From Psammoneis japonica (Eukaryota): DNA of 64,000 nt. The notes below the pieces were generated by a model. That model ran no database searches. It was not told where the DNA came from and was given only the letters and a program-made list of their open reading frames with translations. Where the stretch lies: the NCBI GenBank assembly GCA_008632985.1, contig QPGO01000060.1:62001-126000 (forward strand), in the 5' to 3' direction. Made by a program: the position numbers and the translations under genes. Shown one piece after another: positions 62,105 through 64,000 of the stretch; the first letter of the stretch is position 1; each line of letters opens with the position of its first letter.

Positions 62105-62298
62105 CGAATAAATCTCAATGTAACGAAAGAACAAGCACGATGCCTTACGTCTAATAGAAAGTTGTAACACTGTCAATGCGAACCTAAACCTGATTAGATT
62201 GTGTGCGTGTTGCTCTAGAACACCACTCGATACATATATGTTAACCAGTCACCAATAATAACATTGTCCTCCCTTCCTTCTCCATCCAGATTCACTCG
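62105..62298 (-). repeat. Copia 5' LTR
   Basis: Partner of 55566-55757, adjacent to the PBS. Confidence 0.95.
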
Positions 62299-62436
62299 AA
62301 ATCACGCGCGAAGTTTTAGAGGTGTGAAGAATGAAGCGAGCATGGCGGTGTGTTAGAGCATCTAGCTGATTACGCAACCTCCAATTTCACACAAGTCCAC
62401 GTTCAAAAGCATCATTTTACATCTTTCTGTGTTGTC

Positions 62437-64000
62437 ATGCCGATCTCTTCAAGGTCGCTCGTTGCATTTCTAGTGTTGATTTATGCATCCCATGAATGCC
62501 AATCGTTTGTTCCGTTGTCTCCAAGGAAATGGGGCAGCAACAACAAGTACAATGTAAACAAAAGAACTGGCGGTGGAAACTACAATGACAACAACAATAG
62601 TAATAATGGAAATGGCCCTCCAAGACATCCTGGTTTCAATTCAGGCTGGAATGATAACGATGATGAAAATCATTTCTCTGGAACGACTTTGTTCAGTGGT
62701 TTATTCTTTGCGACATGTCGATCGGAGAAAGAGCATAACCTACATGAATGGGCAATTCAAGATTGTAATATCCAAAACAAACATTCCGATGACGACGATT
62801 CAATATCGATACGAGGAGGAGATAGCACCACTCAAAGCACAAGTGTAAAAGAAAAGCCGTCCGGTTTGAAGGGCATTGTATCGTATTGGTCCACCGTGTT
62901 GAGTTCTGCCGGCTCCTCCTTGTTGAGTCCGTTTCGCTTTGTATCGTCCAAGGTCTCCTCCCTCTTTTCCCCAACGGCACGCAAGGAAAAAGCAATCAAG
63001 GACAAGCTTAATTCTGTACCGATTCAATCGGTAATTGTACGACAAAACTCAACTGTACTGCCACCCGAAATCGTCACGTCGGCCGCCCAACAATCTGGTC
63101 TCTTGGGCAATCCGATCTCGCCTGAAATCATTCAAGATGTGGCCATGTCATTGAAACGATGGTATGTCAATCAGGGCTATGTCTTGGCCACTGTAACAGG
63201 TGCCACGTTGGATGCTCCAAATGCCACGGCTGAAATTGAGGTGGAAGAACCGCTCGTGTCGGACATTCCCGTCAAAATTACATTTTTGAAGAAAATGATT
63301 GTGGACAAGCATGGTGAAGTCTTGACGTTTCGACAGTACAAGGAACAGCACTTGAAAGAATACGGACCCGCCGTACCGATCCAACGGAGCGCATTGAATA
63401 CAACCTATGTACCAACGTCTGGCAAAACAAGCCCCAAGCGCATCTCCAAGGCGCTCAATCTATTGCCTGGAAAACCCTTTCAATGGCAGGGAGAACGGTG
63501 GCAAACAGTCATGTCGAGTGGAGTCTTTAGCCAGATACTCGGTGCGAGTCCACAACGCATGGAGGATGGTACCGCTCAGCTGCACGTGCTCGTCACGGAA
63601 CGGCCTCCCCGAAATTTGGAATACGGCATGACGAAATCACTCTACACGGGTTCGTGGGAGGGTGAAGTGGATTTCGTCAATGGCAATTTGTTTGGTGGTG
63701 GTGAAGTCATTGGATTGATGGTACGTCGTGGTACCAGCGATGCCGAGACGAGTGCTAGACTGAGATTTAGTGACTCGAAATTTGGTCAAGCCGGCGGGTA
63801 CAATGTGGATGTGTTTAGTGAATTCATTGGAGATCAACTGCTACGCTCCGAGGGCAATGGCGTGACGGATTACAATCACGACACTCTACTATCACGCCGC
63901 GGAGCAACTGTACAATTCCAAAATCCAATTGATCCTAGTCGCATCAGAAACACGTTGGCAAGTGCCTCTTTGGAACGCACATCGACTCGGTCCGGACACC
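62437..64000 (+). CDS. Plastid Omp85/BamA/Toc75-family protein, truncated by the window edge (absent from the ORF track because no stop is reached)
   Basis: Continuous frame from ATG 62437: signal peptide MPISSRSLVAFLVLIYASHECQS|FVP (ASAFAP-like) and IRGG. POTRA-like LKRWYVNQGYVLATV and ALNLLPGKPF...SGVFSQI. Barrel start GNLFGGGE. Confidence 0.88.
   Translation, partial: MPISSRSLVAFLVLIYASHECQSFVPLSPRKWGSNNKYNVNKRTGGGNYNDNNNSNNGNGPPRHPGFNSGWNDNDDENHFSGTTLFSGLFFATCRSEKEHNLHEWAIQDCNIQNKHSDDDDSISIRGGDSTTQSTSVKEKPSGLKGIVSYWSTVLSSAGSSLLSPFRFVSSKVSSLFSPTARKEKAIKDKLNSVPIQSVIVRQNSTVLPPEIVTSAAQQSGLLGNPISPEIIQDVAMSLKRWYVNQGYVLATVTGATLDAPNATAEIEVEEPLVSDIPVKITFLKKMIVDKHGEVLTFRQYKEQHLKEYGPAVPIQRSALNTTYVPTSGKTSPKRISKALNLLPGKPFQWQGERWQTVMSSGVFSQILGASPQRMEDGTAQLHVLVTERPPRNLEYGMTKSLYTGSWEGEVDFVNGNLFGGGEVIGLMVRRGTSDAETSARLRFSDSKFGQAGGYNVDVFSEFIGDQLLRSEGNGVTDYNHDTLLSRRGATVQFQNPIDPSRIRNTLASASLERTSTRSGH

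Larger units (their letters stand above)
55566..62298 (-). mobile_element. Full-length Ty1/Copia (CoDi-like) LTR retrotransposon, hypermutated
   Basis: LTRs at 55566-55757 and 62105-62298. (G)AAAT(C) target duplication. PBS-like TTATCAGAGCCA next to the 5' LTR. Domain order gag-PR-IN-RT-RNase H. Confidence 0.97.

Noticed and set aside
42092..62298. ADAR-type RNA editing or RT error fixed at retrotransposition
   Set aside because: Both TA->TG and TA->CA occur on the same strand, the LTRs diverged after insertion, and non-retroelement DNA is also affected.

Overview
Eukaryotic nuclear DNA, very probably from a (pennate) diatom. The evidence is GT-AG introns, a plastid Omp85 with a bipartite ASAFAP-like presequence, CoDi-like Copia elements and a diatom-type class C GPCR. 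A few host genes are separated by large blocks of decayed mobile DNA. The host genes are an NYN+RRM gene, a coiled-coil repeat gene, a double SGNH hydrolase, a non-slicing Argonaute and plastid Omp85. The mobile DNA comprises two Ty1/Copia, one Ty3/Gypsy, two CRE-like non-LTR elements and unclassified elements. The most striking signal is mutational. In the repeat blocks (~8.2-12.3, ~15.2-31.7 and ~42.6-62.0 kb) the dinucleotide TpA is almost eliminated and replaced by TpG/CpA. Conserved Tyr residues have become Cys/His and TAA/TAG stops have vanished. Both LTR pairs show strictly polarised TA->TG/CA changes, with the gene-proximal LTR spared. This looks like a region-targeted A:T->G:C hypermutation process, a mirror image of fungal RIP, acting alongside and apparently faster than ordinary CpG decay. 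Most of the hundreds of C/H-rich ORFs in the ORF track are a by-product of it. All counts were made by eye; no database searches were run.
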